This document shows, piece after piece, positions 42,181 through 55,385 of a DNA stretch of 64,000 nt (positions within the stretch are counted from its first letter, which is position 1; every line of letters starts with the position of its first letter). The position numbers and the translations under genes were made by a program. Origin of the DNA: the human T2T-CHM13v2.0 reference genome, Homo sapiens; the NCBI RefSeq assembly GCF_009914755.1, contig NC_060936.1; one strand, given 5' to 3'. The notes beneath the pieces were generated by a model. That model made no database searches. It was given only the letters and a program-made list of their open reading frames with translations, and had not been told where the DNA came from.

Positions 42181-44604
42181 GTCACAGATCTACTAGGAAC
42201 GAAAAACAAAACCCATGGGCTGTATTTGCAAAAAAAACTAAGCAATAAGGCATATTCTCAAACCACAAAAATACAGTGGGTGAGAGGAAAATGCCAATAA
42301 CCACAAGATCTGCATTGATTCACTATATGTGCTGAAGGAGCAAAGGAATCCACAGGACCACCAAGGACCTGAGAACAGGAGAACCCCAGACAGCCCATGG
42401 ATGTTCTCTGAGAAGCACAGAGGGGTAGTCTGGGAACAGCAGCTGACACCAACATGGGCTTGGCCCACTGGAATAGGGGTGAATACAAGGGGTCTACAGA
42501 AAGGACTGAAAATCCTGGGGTGGTCTACCCCCTATGACATCTTGAAACTGGCAGCCAGTTCTTCCTTTCAGGACAGGGTCTCACATTGAGGAAAAAATGC
42601 TGGGAGTGAAATCAAATTTAGCAAGATCAAGACAAGAGTGATGAGGTAAGGGAAATTTTAGATAAAAGTGGAGGAGAGGAAAAAATCAAACACAATTTCG
42701 TAACTTTCATGTATCTTTATGTTTTCAATACCACATGAAAATTACAGAAGAGTGAGTTCTATAAAGTTAGAAATATTATGTGAAGAGAACCACCTTCTAA
42801 AAATTAGCAGAACTCAATTCTGCTAATTTTCCACAGAAAACAATGGAGGTCAATTCTACAAAAAGTTATTTTAAGAGAAAATGGACTAAGACGTATGCAA
42901 CATCCCCATGGACGATGAAAATTTGCCAGAAAGACATGCCATAGAGGAGATCAAAACTATAATCTATTATTTTAAAATGAGTAAAAGACATTAAGAAAAG
43001 TATACAAGACATGTAAGAATAAAATCAATCAGAATTGGAAAAACTCAGAACTCAAAAAGTAATTCAGAATAAAATAAAATATTTTAGAAATGAGGACTAA
43101 ACTATAAGAAACACACAACAAATAAACACCATATGATGCCTTCAGAGAAGGCGGGAAAAATGAGAAACTTTTAAGAAATTAAAACCAAATGAAGAGCTGA
43201 AAAGTACTCCAGGGAACGTGACAAACATTGAAGACAGGTAAAGAAGATCCAATATATGAACAGCAGGAGTCTCCTATCAAGAAAACTAAAACCAGGGAAC
43301 AGAACAAATTCCAAAAACTATAATTCTAGAAAACTTTTCTAAAATTAAATAACATACAAAACTACATATTGAAAGAAAATATTGTGTACCTGAGAGTAAC
43401 AACAGAGACTGAACAATAATGAGAAATATTCTAGTAAAATTGCTTCTTCCAGCAGCAGAGGGCTTTTGCTTTGTATCAGAAATGAAACTTGGGTAAGGGA
43501 GAGTTTTCTGCTTGTTCCATGGTGTCAACTGATCATCACCATGCACTCCTGCAGGGTCCAGAGTGGATAGGCTGCTCCTAGCAATTCTGTGCTGCCTTTG
43601 AATGTTCACAAACCCTGCTCTCCTTCACCGTGGAGAAGCATGTTCTCAGATCTCCTACCTTCTCCCATCTTTCTCGTGAGTAGTCAGCGGAGGCCCATGG
43701 AGAAGATCTGTTTAATAATAACTAGATAAAGAATTCTAAGAGGAATATTCTAAGAGGAATTTCGAGTACACACAGTCTAAGTACACACACACAGAGTCTG
43801 AGTACACACAGACTTCCCCTGTCTCTGGGACTCCCAGCAGTTCTACACCATCACATTAGCCCACACTTACATTTAAGAAGTTGATAAAATTTTGGTTGTT
43901 CTTACCTATTTTATGCCTGCCTCCTCCTCCTCCCACATTCTGTCTAAGGTAAAACATTTTGGATGTCCCATTCCTTCTCAGAAGGAATAATCAGTCTTTG
44001 GAATTCAGTTTACCTTGTTATGTTAAGACCTGAACTCTCTGTTGGACTAAAATAATAAGATTTTGTAGGTGCTATGACTTTGTTGTTGTTTTAAGGATGG
44101 GAATGTATTCTTTTATGGCCTTCTCCATCTATCTTAAATAAAAGTGAAACTCCAACTTCTTTTTAAAAAAGCTACTTTTAGTAATTATAATTGGTAATAG
44201 CAGTATGAGTATTGTTATTCTGACTATTGTATGTGTGGTGTGGGATAAAGCAAATGAGCAATAATGGGATATTTTAATTATCTCCTTCACTGTGTCCTTG
44301 GGAACCACGGTATTTGGCATGGAAAAAGCAGATACATATATGACATGGAAGGGATAATTAAAATCCTCCAGCTCTGAATTTCGATTGGAAAGACTAGTAT
44401 GAACTTACGATTGATACATATAAATATGTTTATCAATTCTATTTACTAAAAACACCTGGAAACAATGACTAATCAAGTTACAATAAGCAACGGTAGTGCC
44501 CAAATTATGATCTTCAAATGTTATTTCCTCCAGCAAGAAACCAGGGTTTTTTGGAGAAATTGCTGTTTCCAAGTCTGTGGCAAGAAACGTAATGACAACT
44601 GGTG

Positions 44605-44640
<36 letters not shown>

Positions 44641-45670
44641 ATGTGTGTGTCTGCATGTGTGTAGCTGGGGGAGGTGAACCTAGGACATCTTATCCTACCA
44701 AATAGAAAGGATGCTACTAAAGACTATTAAGGGCAAGTCAAAACAGCTCAGCTACCAACCTTAAGAGCTTTCCACTGGCCAAAGATGGGACACTTTGAGT
44801 TCACTAAAGATAAGAATGTACTGTATTTAAACTCAAAATGTTTAAAGTCATGAGTTCATAATGACACATTAAAAAAAATCTAATTGGTCACTTTTAGAGA
44901 GTGATAGGGAAACAACCCATTATCTTGAAAACAGGTAAGTAATGAGAAGGAATCAAGCATTTGTCCCAACTTTTATATACACACAACTGGGTAGCAAAAC
45001 AATAGATGAGAGAAGGATCTCTTTATACATTATTCCAGCTAAAAAGTAAAATGTGACATAGAATTAGAATGTCACCATTTTTAAGCCTCAATGGCTGTGA
45101 TATAACAAAAAGAGAGACAGCCAGTCATATGCCATCTAATGAAAGAACATGCCACTTCCTGTGATCTTGTAACAATAACTGAGTCAATGTTTTGTTGGTC
45201 TCTGGATCCACAGGCTGTGATCTTCAGGTAACACAGAGGACAGAGAAACAGGTGCTCATGGTGTACTCATGTGCACCATGAATACACAATCAGCAAAATA
45301 TAGATAGTGGGAAATTCTACAGGTCAAACCACCAAGGATCTTCAACAAATAAATTATAAGCAAGAGCAAGGGATGGAGGGAAAATCAGTAGATTAAAAGG
45401 AAATTAAAAACAACAAATTTTTTTTAAAGTGAATAAGAATACACAGTGCTAAGGATGTACACTTGAGTAAAAAAATATAAAGAAATATAAGGAAGTGATT
45501 ACTATAATAGTCAGGATAGTGGTTATTTTTGGAGAGAGGGAGGTGACATGTTCTGGGATACCTCACAAATATCTATTTCTTAATCTGAGTGGGTGTTAGT
45601 CTTATAATTCACTATCTGTTTGTTTTGTATGACTTTTTATGTCTGTTTTGTTTTACAATAAAAGTTTTTA
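42181..45670. mobile_element. Rearranged old L1M/L1MC fragments (sense 5'/ORF1-like to ~43440, antisense to ~44135, sense 3' end to ~45670)
   Basis: A-rich ORF1-like sense sequence (AAAGAAGATCCAATATATG..AGGAGTC..AGAAAACTTTTC), switch to T-rich strand, then L1MC-like end TTTTACAATAAAAGTTTTTAAAA; boundaries approximate. Confidence 0.55.
44606..44662. repeat. (TG)n microsatellite, partly interrupted
   Basis: Direct read. Confidence 0.9.
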
Positions 45671-48399
45671 AAAACCTGTTTGACTTTAGCAAAACCTCTT
45701 GATCCCATTCCCAAAATGGTGAATTGCACATATCCACGTGTAAAAATGAAATACAACATAAAATTGCTTAAAAAAATAAATACGCAGGAAGTAAGAATAT
45801 ATTTTAGATTGAGTTATATTTCCTTAAGTGCCTTTATTAAAACCCATTTCATAAAATCTTTTCCTTCCTTTAAAAATCCTTTCAGAAGATTCTATGCACC
45901 TTTATTCTAGACTTGGCAAGCTAAATAGCTAGAAAGTATTTCCTTTCCTAAGTCCAAGGAACATGCAATCTTCCATATAATGAAAAATATGTATTAAGGC
46001 TTCCAATTCTCCACTCTTTTCTTTCATTTGAGTGGGGAAAATATGTGTAGAAATGCACATATTCACATATTTACGAAAGCTCTGTGAATGCTGTAATAGA
46101 AATGTGGAAGTGACATTAAAAGGGAAGCCTTCTTCATGCAACATGCAAAAGATAATGTCTTTTTCAGCAAGAGTTAGAGGGTAATAGAGTTTTACCAAAA
46201 GTTTAAACACATTAAAGGATTTCATTTGCCATCTGAGCTGAAATGTCAAAGCCAAACTGTGAACGCAATATAGGGATTTTTATCAGTGATTGAACTTGCT
46301 GACTTCTGAAAGGGGATCCCAGGCCTTCCTAAGTCTTTTGAAGTTCCATTCTGCTTTGTCTTCAAATGTCTCGACATAATCAGGCCATTGATGCCTTGTG
46401 CTGTCCTGTGAACGCAAGCATTTGCCCACAACTCCATTTCAGGGCTGGAGACAAGGAGAGGTTCAGCTCCCTTTGACACTGGGTCGGCTGGTCAGGAAGT
46501 TCTCAAGTGTGCAGGATTGTGAACTTTTGGCAGAACAGCTGCCCAGTGGGATGCCAGCGTTTTCAATTCCCATCAGCTCAGGGCTTCAAAGGCTGGGGGC
46601 ATCTGTACCCAGTGACCTGTGTGGCTGGCCTGGACACATCTCTTTCCCATGGGATGTTGGGGGTAGAGAGGCCAGATTGACATGCCTGACATAACTTCAT
46701 TTCTCAAACTTGAGAGCCAGAACATGTGCGAGACCCACCAAAATCAACAAGTTCACCCCTGGGTTGCACTGGTCACTGAAGGATCACCTGCTTTTAGAAG
46801 CTTCACTTTCCATCCACACTGATTATGATGGTAATGCTGGCACACACCATGTATGCACATTGTTCCTTTAAATCATTTCAACAACTACATAGTAATCATT
46901 CTTTCCATATTACAGATAAGGACAATTCACCCAAGATCACACATATAATTAGTGGCAGCACTGGGATTCGAACTCAGACAGCTCAGGCACCCCAGGTTTG
47001 TTTATTTAACCACCAACCTATAGCACCTATGACTGGAGAATATACATATAGATAGCCCTGTACAGGGTACTGCTGACTATAGCTACTACTTATTCAACCC
47101 CTCAATATATTGGGCAGTAGACCAAGCTTTACAAACATTTCATTTAATTATACAAAGTAGATAGAGATAGAGATAGATAGAGATATGTGTAATATACTTG
47201 CAGACACTGATATAGACAGATTCCAGTACAGATGTATAGACAACAACATAGATACATAAAGGCCTAATTATTACAGCCAGACTCTGCTCAGACTCCCTAA
47301 ATTTAATCCCAGATCCACTCCAGCTGTTTGACTTTGAGCAATTGATTTAGCAGCCCTGGTCGACTCATCTAAAAACACCTCCCTTACAGGAATACAGTGA
47401 GGATTCAATGAAATAATATATGTAAAGCATATATAGTTCCTGACAAAGGATAGGCTTCCAATAAGTTAGACATTACTCTTATTATTATAATATATATATA
47501 ATAATAGAGTATGTTATTCTTATTACTATTAGATAGACAGATGATCTACTTTCTAAAACAATTCAGAAAGCTTGGTAAAGAAGAGAAGTGTTCTCCAAAT
47601 TTATCTGGCTCGAAGTTTAAAAAAAAGTTATGCTGAGCTGTTTCATCCCCCAAGCAGATCAATATTTTGGCAAGAAAGCACCAAAGTAAATTGATGAGGC
47701 TACAGCTGAAAATAAGCCTGAGACCCCTAGCCCCTCATGCTGCACAAAAGCACTGCTCTGAGCAGGACAGGTGCTAACGCTCAGGGCAGTGAGCACTCAA
47801 CTCGTGGCACCATAACAGGTGCTGTCTGTCTGAGGACTCAAAAAAGGTCCGGTGACCCACTCATCACAATCGATCTTTCAGGCCCTGGATGCTGGTCCTT
47901 CTACAGTCAAATCTATTTCTGTCCTCATGGGCCCTGCAAAAGGATTTAGTATCCAAATCCCATTTGGTGTTCAAATAAGACATCCTCATGCAAGGTGGAC
48001 TTGACGGAATGATAATACAAACAACCGTAGAGGGTATTGAGTCAGTGCTTTGGACCAGGTGCCGCATTAGACACCAGATGATCATAATGCACCAGCATTA
48101 TGATCGCCTTGAGGTTCCATACCTACTGAGTAGCAGAGGAGTCCTCAAGCTCATCCACTGCTAGGGCTCTTGCTGTTAATTCCTGCATTCTACTCCATCC
48201 TTGTTCATTTCCAAAGTCTTGTACACTTTATTTCTCCCTTCACCACCAATCCTACTTAAGGAAAGTTATCAGTCTAAGCCAGCTGCTTCTATGGGAATTA
48301 AAAAACTAAAAAAAATAGCTTACGTGTCAATTATTTCTCTCCTCTGTGTATCCATAGTTCTTGGTACACAGCTTCAGTACAGCAGGGAGCTGAACATGA

Positions 48400-48620
48400 T
48401 CTCTCTCCATCATTAGACAGTGACTCTTTGAAGGCAAGAACCTTGTCTTATTCGTCTTTCTAACCCTAGCCCTTAGCATGGTGCCTGGCATATAGCAGAC
48501 CCTTAATAAATATTTGCAGGGTCTGCAAATATTTGAATATTTGAATATTTAATTCAAATATTCAATAAATTTGAATTATGAATTCAAATAATAATGAATG
48601 AGTGAATGAATGAGTGGACA
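48400..48620 (+). mobile_element. L2 3' end containing a fold-back insertion
   Basis: TTGAAGGCAAGAACCTTGTC..GTGCCTGGCATATAG..AATAAATATTTG..(GAAT)n. Confidence 0.75.
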
Positions 48621-49124
48621 GTTGGATGCATACGTGAATAAATGATTCAAATAACCTCATTCTTTTTTGTTGAAAAGTCTGCACTGAGTCTCAGGTTCTT
48701 AAACAGCAAGAAGCGATTGAGTTGCTACAACAGTTAGCGCAATATCTGATACAGAGTTGGTGCCCAATACGTTTTATTGAATAAAAAATATTAATATATA
48801 ATTCAGTCCTTAAGGCAGCATAAATCACCTGGAAGATCTATTTAAAAACTATTTGTTCTTCCAGTTCTGAAATCTATCACTAATTAAACCAGGTTAGCAA
48901 GATGCTGGGGGCCTGGGTTGCACCCAACGAGAGCTCCACAGATTGGCTTTTATGGCAGTAGGCTCTGCTGGGCTGGCGTCAGCCTGTACTGAAGGAGGCT
49001 TCAGGCTGATGACATTTGCCATCATGTCCCCTGTCAGGCTGCTGTAGAGGACCTCATTCATTACACACAGAGTTGAGGTCCTGTCTGATTTCAATATTAA
49101 AAATAGTTCTTCTGACAAACTGGT

Positions 49125-49218
49125 CAGTTTTTATGTCATATACTTGGTGAATTGTCTATATTTCCCTTATTACCAGTTTGTAATGTAATATACTTGGTGA
49201 ATTGTGTATATTTCCCTT
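49125..49218. repeat. Tandem duplication, ~49-50 bp x2
   Basis: CAGTTT..ATATACTTGGTGAATTGT(C/G)TATATTTCCCTT occurs twice. Confidence 0.9.
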
Positions 49219-49339
49219 TTTGTTTTGGCCGCTAAAACATGAAGTCGAGTTTGTAGCCAATCATAGCAAAGGAAAAGGCTTTTTGTTATATACTTTTCCA
49301 ATGTCAGTCTTGGCTCTCTTTCATTTATGTACTCTAAAT

Positions 49340-49432
49340 TCCTCTTTCCTTCCTTCCTTTTTTCTTTTTCCTTCTTTCTCTCTTTCTTTTCTTTTCCTTT
49401 TCTTTTCTTTCTTCTTTCCTTTTCTTTCTTTC
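49340..49432. repeat. Polypyrimidine (CTTT/CCTT) low-complexity tract
   Basis: Direct read. Confidence 0.9.
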
Positions 49433-50513
49433 TGCTACTAATAATTTTATGTCTCTTTATTATCTATGAATGATGGTAAGCCATCAGGGATCATCAATGA
49501 AACTAACGAAATTTAAAACAGCTTATTTTATTGACTAACTACAGATGAAGCAAATGTATTCAGCAAATATATTGTTATTCAGATACACAGTGATTTTTAT
49601 CTTCCCCTTGTGTATTTAATGTATTCAGGACTAGAACCATCTCTGGAAGTCAACAGAGGATAAAGACATAAAATATTAAATAAAATATGATATTTTAACA
49701 AGTCTGTTAATATCATTCCCTGAGCGTTGGGAGGCTGAGTTATGGGAGGATGATCTTAGCTCTTTTTCTGGCTCATGGGAGGTAGTCACCAAATGTTCAT
49801 TGCAGGAGGAAAAGAAAAGGGGACAAGAAACACGAAGAAAGAGAAGAAGGGATAGATGAACAAAGGGGGGAATGGAGAGGGAAAGAAGGTCAGTGGAGAT
49901 GTAGGGGTGGGGAAACAAATAACTGAAGGTACAGAAAATGAACTAACAATTGAATTTACCTTATTAGCTAAGGCCAATGTTTGGACCTCAGTTGTCTCTG
50001 ATAGGTTATCTGGCAGCCAGAAATAAGAGGGAAGGTCAGAGTTGTTATCACTGCACTTATGGCTTTTTGCTAAAGAAGATGATGTTTCTGTCCTATTCAA
50101 TTTCAATACGAGCTAAGTCGTAACCAAATTTTAGAACCAACAACTCATACTTCCTGCTTAGAATGAACCTTCTCATCCCATAATTTCCTATCCTGAGAAA
50201 TACAAGACAAAGCTTTTCTCTCCTATTTCTACTTAAGTAAAAATCTGGCCAGTTTTTCCAAAAAGTAAACTTCAAATTAATAAAACTATTTTGAAAAACA
50301 CTTTTATTATATTTATTTTTTTCTTAGAATAATGGTAAACAAATTCATTGTAAAAATATGGAGGCAAAATTGTATTAAAATTATATAAAATTGTCTTTAA
50401 CTGTTGTTAGCATTGTCAGTTATTTTCATCCAGTCTCATTTATTTTCACATATATGGGGTAGACATATATAGTTATGTGTACACTCAGTCCTGCATCCTT
50501 TTTATGTTTTTAA

Positions 50514-50853
<340 letters not shown>

Positions 50854-51129
50854 TTCAAAATTTACCTTTTCTTAAATGTATGCATCATATTACATTTATG
50901 GAAATTCCATTATGTATTTTGTCTTGTTATGGAATCTTTAGATAGTTTCCAAAGGATGAATATTCTATACATTTTTTCAGTTCCTCTAATCACAAGGCAC
51001 TCAAGTAATAAAGTTGTGGTATTAGTGTTAACAGAATCAAACATCATGTGGGAATCCAAAAAAAAAAAAAACAGGGACCACAGTATGGTTGGGATTTACA
51101 TAGATCAGAATAGGATTCAGGACAGCTTT

Positions 51130-51925
51130 TGTGGTAGAGATTTTAGCTGTTCATATTATTTCTGGTTCTTTTCCTTCCAGGAACTTGGTGTAGCTTGTAT
51201 TTCTGTACTTTTCCATCCTCTTGAGGTCAGACATGGCCATGTGACTTATTTTAGCCAATGGAATGTGAGAGGAAGTGAAATGAGCCACACCCACGTGGAA
51301 ATATTAATTTTTCCGTGTTCATGATTCTCACCCAGGAAGGATTGGCTGCTAATAACTCACAGCTCTCCTCTTCTCCAGAGAATTGCCTTAACCACCTCTC
51401 TCAGAGGAATTACATGATCTCCCCACCCTGAGGGACAGACAGCTATGAATGACTAACCCAGTAGTATAATTCATGTTCACAAGCTCCCCTTGGGACCAGG
51501 CTGAAGCTAGTCTAGAGGAATCCATATCTTTGCTTAATTTGCTTTTACTATACTAGCCCATCTGCCTCATTCCCCTTCTCCAAAAATAACTCCCTCAATA
51601 AATCACTATCACAAGATTCCAGATCTCAGGCTCTGCTTCTAGGGACCCATCTAAATCTCCCTTTTTTGGGTGATGTGGTAATGTGATCCTGAAGACTCAG
51701 TTGGAGGACAGCACTATGGAGTGTGGTCAGGACACTCCATGAAAGTAAACCTTTGTGTTATCAATACATGCAGACTTGGAGATCTATGAGTCTCTCCTGA
51801 CAAACAGAATACTGGAAGTAGTTCCCCCATAACAGGAGTTTCTAGATCTAGATTTGTGTGTCTCACTTCACTCATGGCAAACCAGCTCCCTCTTCCTTTT
51901 CTCTTCCCTTTACCTACTCTACACA
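51130..51925 (+). mobile_element. MLT1-type LTR interrupted by an LTR16-like element (~51320-51655)
   Basis: GGCCATGTGACTTATTTTAGCCAATGGAATGTGAG (MLT1); CTCAATAAATCAC..CTCAGGCTCTGCTTCTAGGGACCC (LTR16). Confidence 0.55.
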
Positions 51926-52699
51926 ATCAAATGCCTCTTAGATCCAGATTGGTTATGACTCCTTATGCTTTTTAGTCTACTTTCTGGATGCTATTTATTG
52001 CATCAGTTTCAGTTTTACGGGCAACCTCATTTTCTCTGTGTTTTCCAGTTCAGATTCCCAAAAGAAAAAATCTGATTGGCAAACCTCATTTCCGGGCCTC
52101 AGGCAAGTCTACATCCTGGCTAACTTTGGGTGGAGTTAGCCATAGCCTAAGTCATGAGGCACATGACATGGTTGTTTAGTGTTTTCCCAGATTTCCCTGA
52201 AGTAAAATATTCTGACATGGGTCTATAACTTGAAATTGGGCCATGAATCCAATAGGAAGAGCCAAATGGCTTTCAATCTTATGTGGAACACTTTTCTCTT
52301 TGGATTACTCCTTTGTCTTCGAAGTCATATTCAAATTGGTGGCACAGTCAGTGGGGTCTGGGGACTCCCCTTGTCGCTGAAAGGGCTGATTCCTTCCACA
52401 AAAGGCCAAGTGGGAACCAGACATATAAAAAGCCATAGCACGCCCTGCTGCAAACACGGGCATGTGTCCTGTGTAAGCAAAAGAAGTCCTCATAGCTCAC
52501 ATGATACGGAAGAGCCCAGATAAAGGTTTGGGAATAATTCCCAAGCGTCTAAAGTGTGCTTAGTGCATCTCTCCCTTGGGGACTGCATTGGCAATTGGTG
52601 TCTGAGAAAACACTCCAAGGTTAGGGACCCTGTCCAGGTGCCTTTTACCAGAGATGTCAGTAACAATCGTTGTCATGTACATACATATACTGGTCCATT

Positions 52700-53600
52700 T
52701 GTTCCATCATTCATTGAACAAATATTTGTTGAGCATCAACCATACATCAGGTACCATTTGACTTCCTGTGGATATATCAATTAACAAAGCAGATGAAATC
52801 TTGGCTCTTGTGGCGTTTACCTTCTATTTCAGGAGATGCTCAACAGGCAAACATGGAAGTCTTATGTCAGTTAATGATAATGACTATACAAGAATTCAGG
52901 CAGGGTGAGGGGACTGAGAGTGATGGGGTTAGGGGTGATAGTCTAGATAGGATGGTCAGAGAAGGCCTCATTAGGAAAATGATATGTGAGCAGGCTTCAG
53001 TGAAGTGAGGGAGGGATTCGGTAAAAGATCTGGAAATGCAAGGATCCAGGCAGAGAAACAGAAGATACAAATGCTTGGCTGGAAAAACTGTGAAGTGGAA
53101 GCATAGGAGGCAGAACAAAAGGCCTGTGTGAAGGTCCTGAGGCAGGAAAGTACTTGGCACAGTCAAGGATCCTAAGGCCAGCACCTCTGAGTGCAGCCCA
53201 GAGAATCAAAGAAGCAATAAGTGAGAGGTGCTCATCAGTGATAGGCAGGGCCAGAAGACTCTGTAGGCCCTTTGTAGTTTCCATTACAGATTTCATGTTC
53301 TATCCTACATGAAATGGAAACTGGTAAGATAAGCCAAAAGCTATTTTTTGCAGTTGAGTTCAGAGCTAATGGCTTGGTCTGGGGGAGAGGAGAGGAGAGG
53401 AGAGGAGAAACAATGGAAATGGGAAAATGTGTGTAGGGCCAACGAACACTTCAAATGTAGGATGGACAGGGCATGGTGATTGATTGAAAGTGAGAGAGAG
53501 GTGACAAAAATGGCTCCCAGGGGTCATTGGACTGCTAGCTGGGTGGAGGTGTCATTTACCAAGAAGGGGGCCTGTCAAGCAGGAAATAGATTTGGGAGAG
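52700..53600 (-). mobile_element. L2 fragment
   Basis: TTCATTGAACAAATATTTGTTGAGCA start; GGATGGTCAGAGAAGGCCTC. Confidence 0.7.
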
Positions 53601-54056
53601 GATAGAGACCTTAGCCAGGTGTGTAAACCATTATAACAGTGTAGTATCATTATTATTCATATTTAATAACAAGTGAACAGACTCAGAAAGGTTATTTCAC
53701 TTGCTCAAGATCACACATCTAGTAAGCAGAGGAGCCTACTTTCATACCCAAGTCTACCTGATTGATGCCAAAAACTGTTGTTTCTCACTTCAGTTCTCAT
53801 ACAGCCTCTTAGGAGGAAAGAAGAGACCAGAGCATCCCATGGAGCATAATTAAAATAGTGACACAGGAAGGCCAATCAGAGAAGTGCCCTGAGTATCCCC
53901 TATATGGGTCAAGATAGCCACACTGAGGTCAAATGCCAACACCCAGATTTCCCAAGACCAGCTGTGCCTTCCAAGACCTGAAGTCAACTGCCTGTCCCAG
54001 TGATTCTGGTCAGAATGGCTTCTTTTCTCAAAACTTTACTGAAAACTGTTAACTTA

Positions 54057-54245
54057 GAGCTCTGGTACCCGAATGTGGTCCCTGGACCTGCAGCATCAAC
54101 ATCATCTGGGAACTTATTAGAATGCAGAATCTCTGGCACAGCCCAGACCTACTGATTAGAAACGCTGTGGCTGGGGCCCAGCAATCTGTGTTTTTAAGAA
54201 ACTTTCCAGAAGATTCTGATGTACACTCAAGCTTGAGAATCACTG
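54057..54245. mobile_element. MER5A hAT-Charlie MITE
   Basis: GTGGTCCCTGGACC.GCAGCATC..TGGGAACTT.TTAGAATGCAGAATCTC..GATTCTGATG..TTGAGAATCACTG. Confidence 0.88.
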
Positions 54246-55385
54246 AATTAAAGCATCTGGTTTCAACTGATCTAAGTTTCTGCCTCTGTAAAGCCCTTGC
54301 CTGAAGTGATTGAGGTATAATTCCAGTAACAGGCAGGGGTTGGGCTCATGGGGAAGCTATTGCTGAAGTTGGATAAAGGCTCAATTTTTTCCCCTGTCCA
54401 ATTCTCTTACATAAATTCCTGTCCAAAAAGGAAATTGCTCCCCGCCTTTTTTGTAAGAAAAAAAAATGGGGGGGGGGGGGACTGTTGTTTTGTGGCAAAA
54501 GGAATGCTTTGCTAATTTTAGGAAGATGGCTTCAGTTATAGACAGGAAGTCTTGAGGGGAGGGAGACTTTGACTTGAATTTTTTAAAATTGTGTTCCTTT
54601 ATGTTTTTTCTTTAGAAAAGGAAAGGCAACATGATTAACAAACCTCAGCTGACTTTAGAGTTCAAAGAAATCTCTGACTTAGAAGACGAACCATATGGGA
54701 GCCATTCATAGAGTCCCCTCAGTAACAGTTGAATACACGTAGAAAACAATGGCCCTCAAGACTTTGCTTTGAACGGAGAATCTTTGCAGTGTAAATTGAC
54801 TTTTGGAAGAAGCAGAGCATCTGGCTTCTTGGTAAGATGGATCCTGGAGAATGCTCCACATCCCTGCCTGCTCAGCTCCACTCACCATGGTGCACCTCAG
54901 ATTGGTCCCCTCAGGGTATCATCCTGGTAACCACGTGCTGAGGAGTGCCTCCAGGATTATTGTTTACAGCAAACATGGCAGATCGGCCCTTTCACAAGTG
55001 AGAAAACTGAGACTTACTTAGGAAGAACATGGGCCTCTTGGATGATAAAAAATGGTGAGCCATAGGAGTTTTAGATATTTTATGTCATCAAATTCTTGAA
55101 GAGAGAAGTAGTCTTTTTTCATTTCACAGCTAAGGAAACTGAAGCCTAGAAAGTAGCAGTAAGTTACCCAAAGTCACTAAGTCGGGAAATGGGGGTACAC
55201 TGCTCAGAACCACAGCCTCTGAGACCAATTCCTACTTGACTGGTCAGAGAGGAGTGCTTTAAAGTAGCCAGTCCAGGAGCTAACATGGACCTCATATTCA
55301 TCTCCAGAAAAGTCAACGTTTAAACATAATTGCTTGGTTAAAATTCAATTTATCAATGTACTAGTCAGCGTTCTCCAGAAAAACA

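Noticed and set aside
54458-54480. A-run plus G-run as a regulatory G-quadruplex
   Set aside because: A single G homopolymer with no supporting context; probably a simple repeat.
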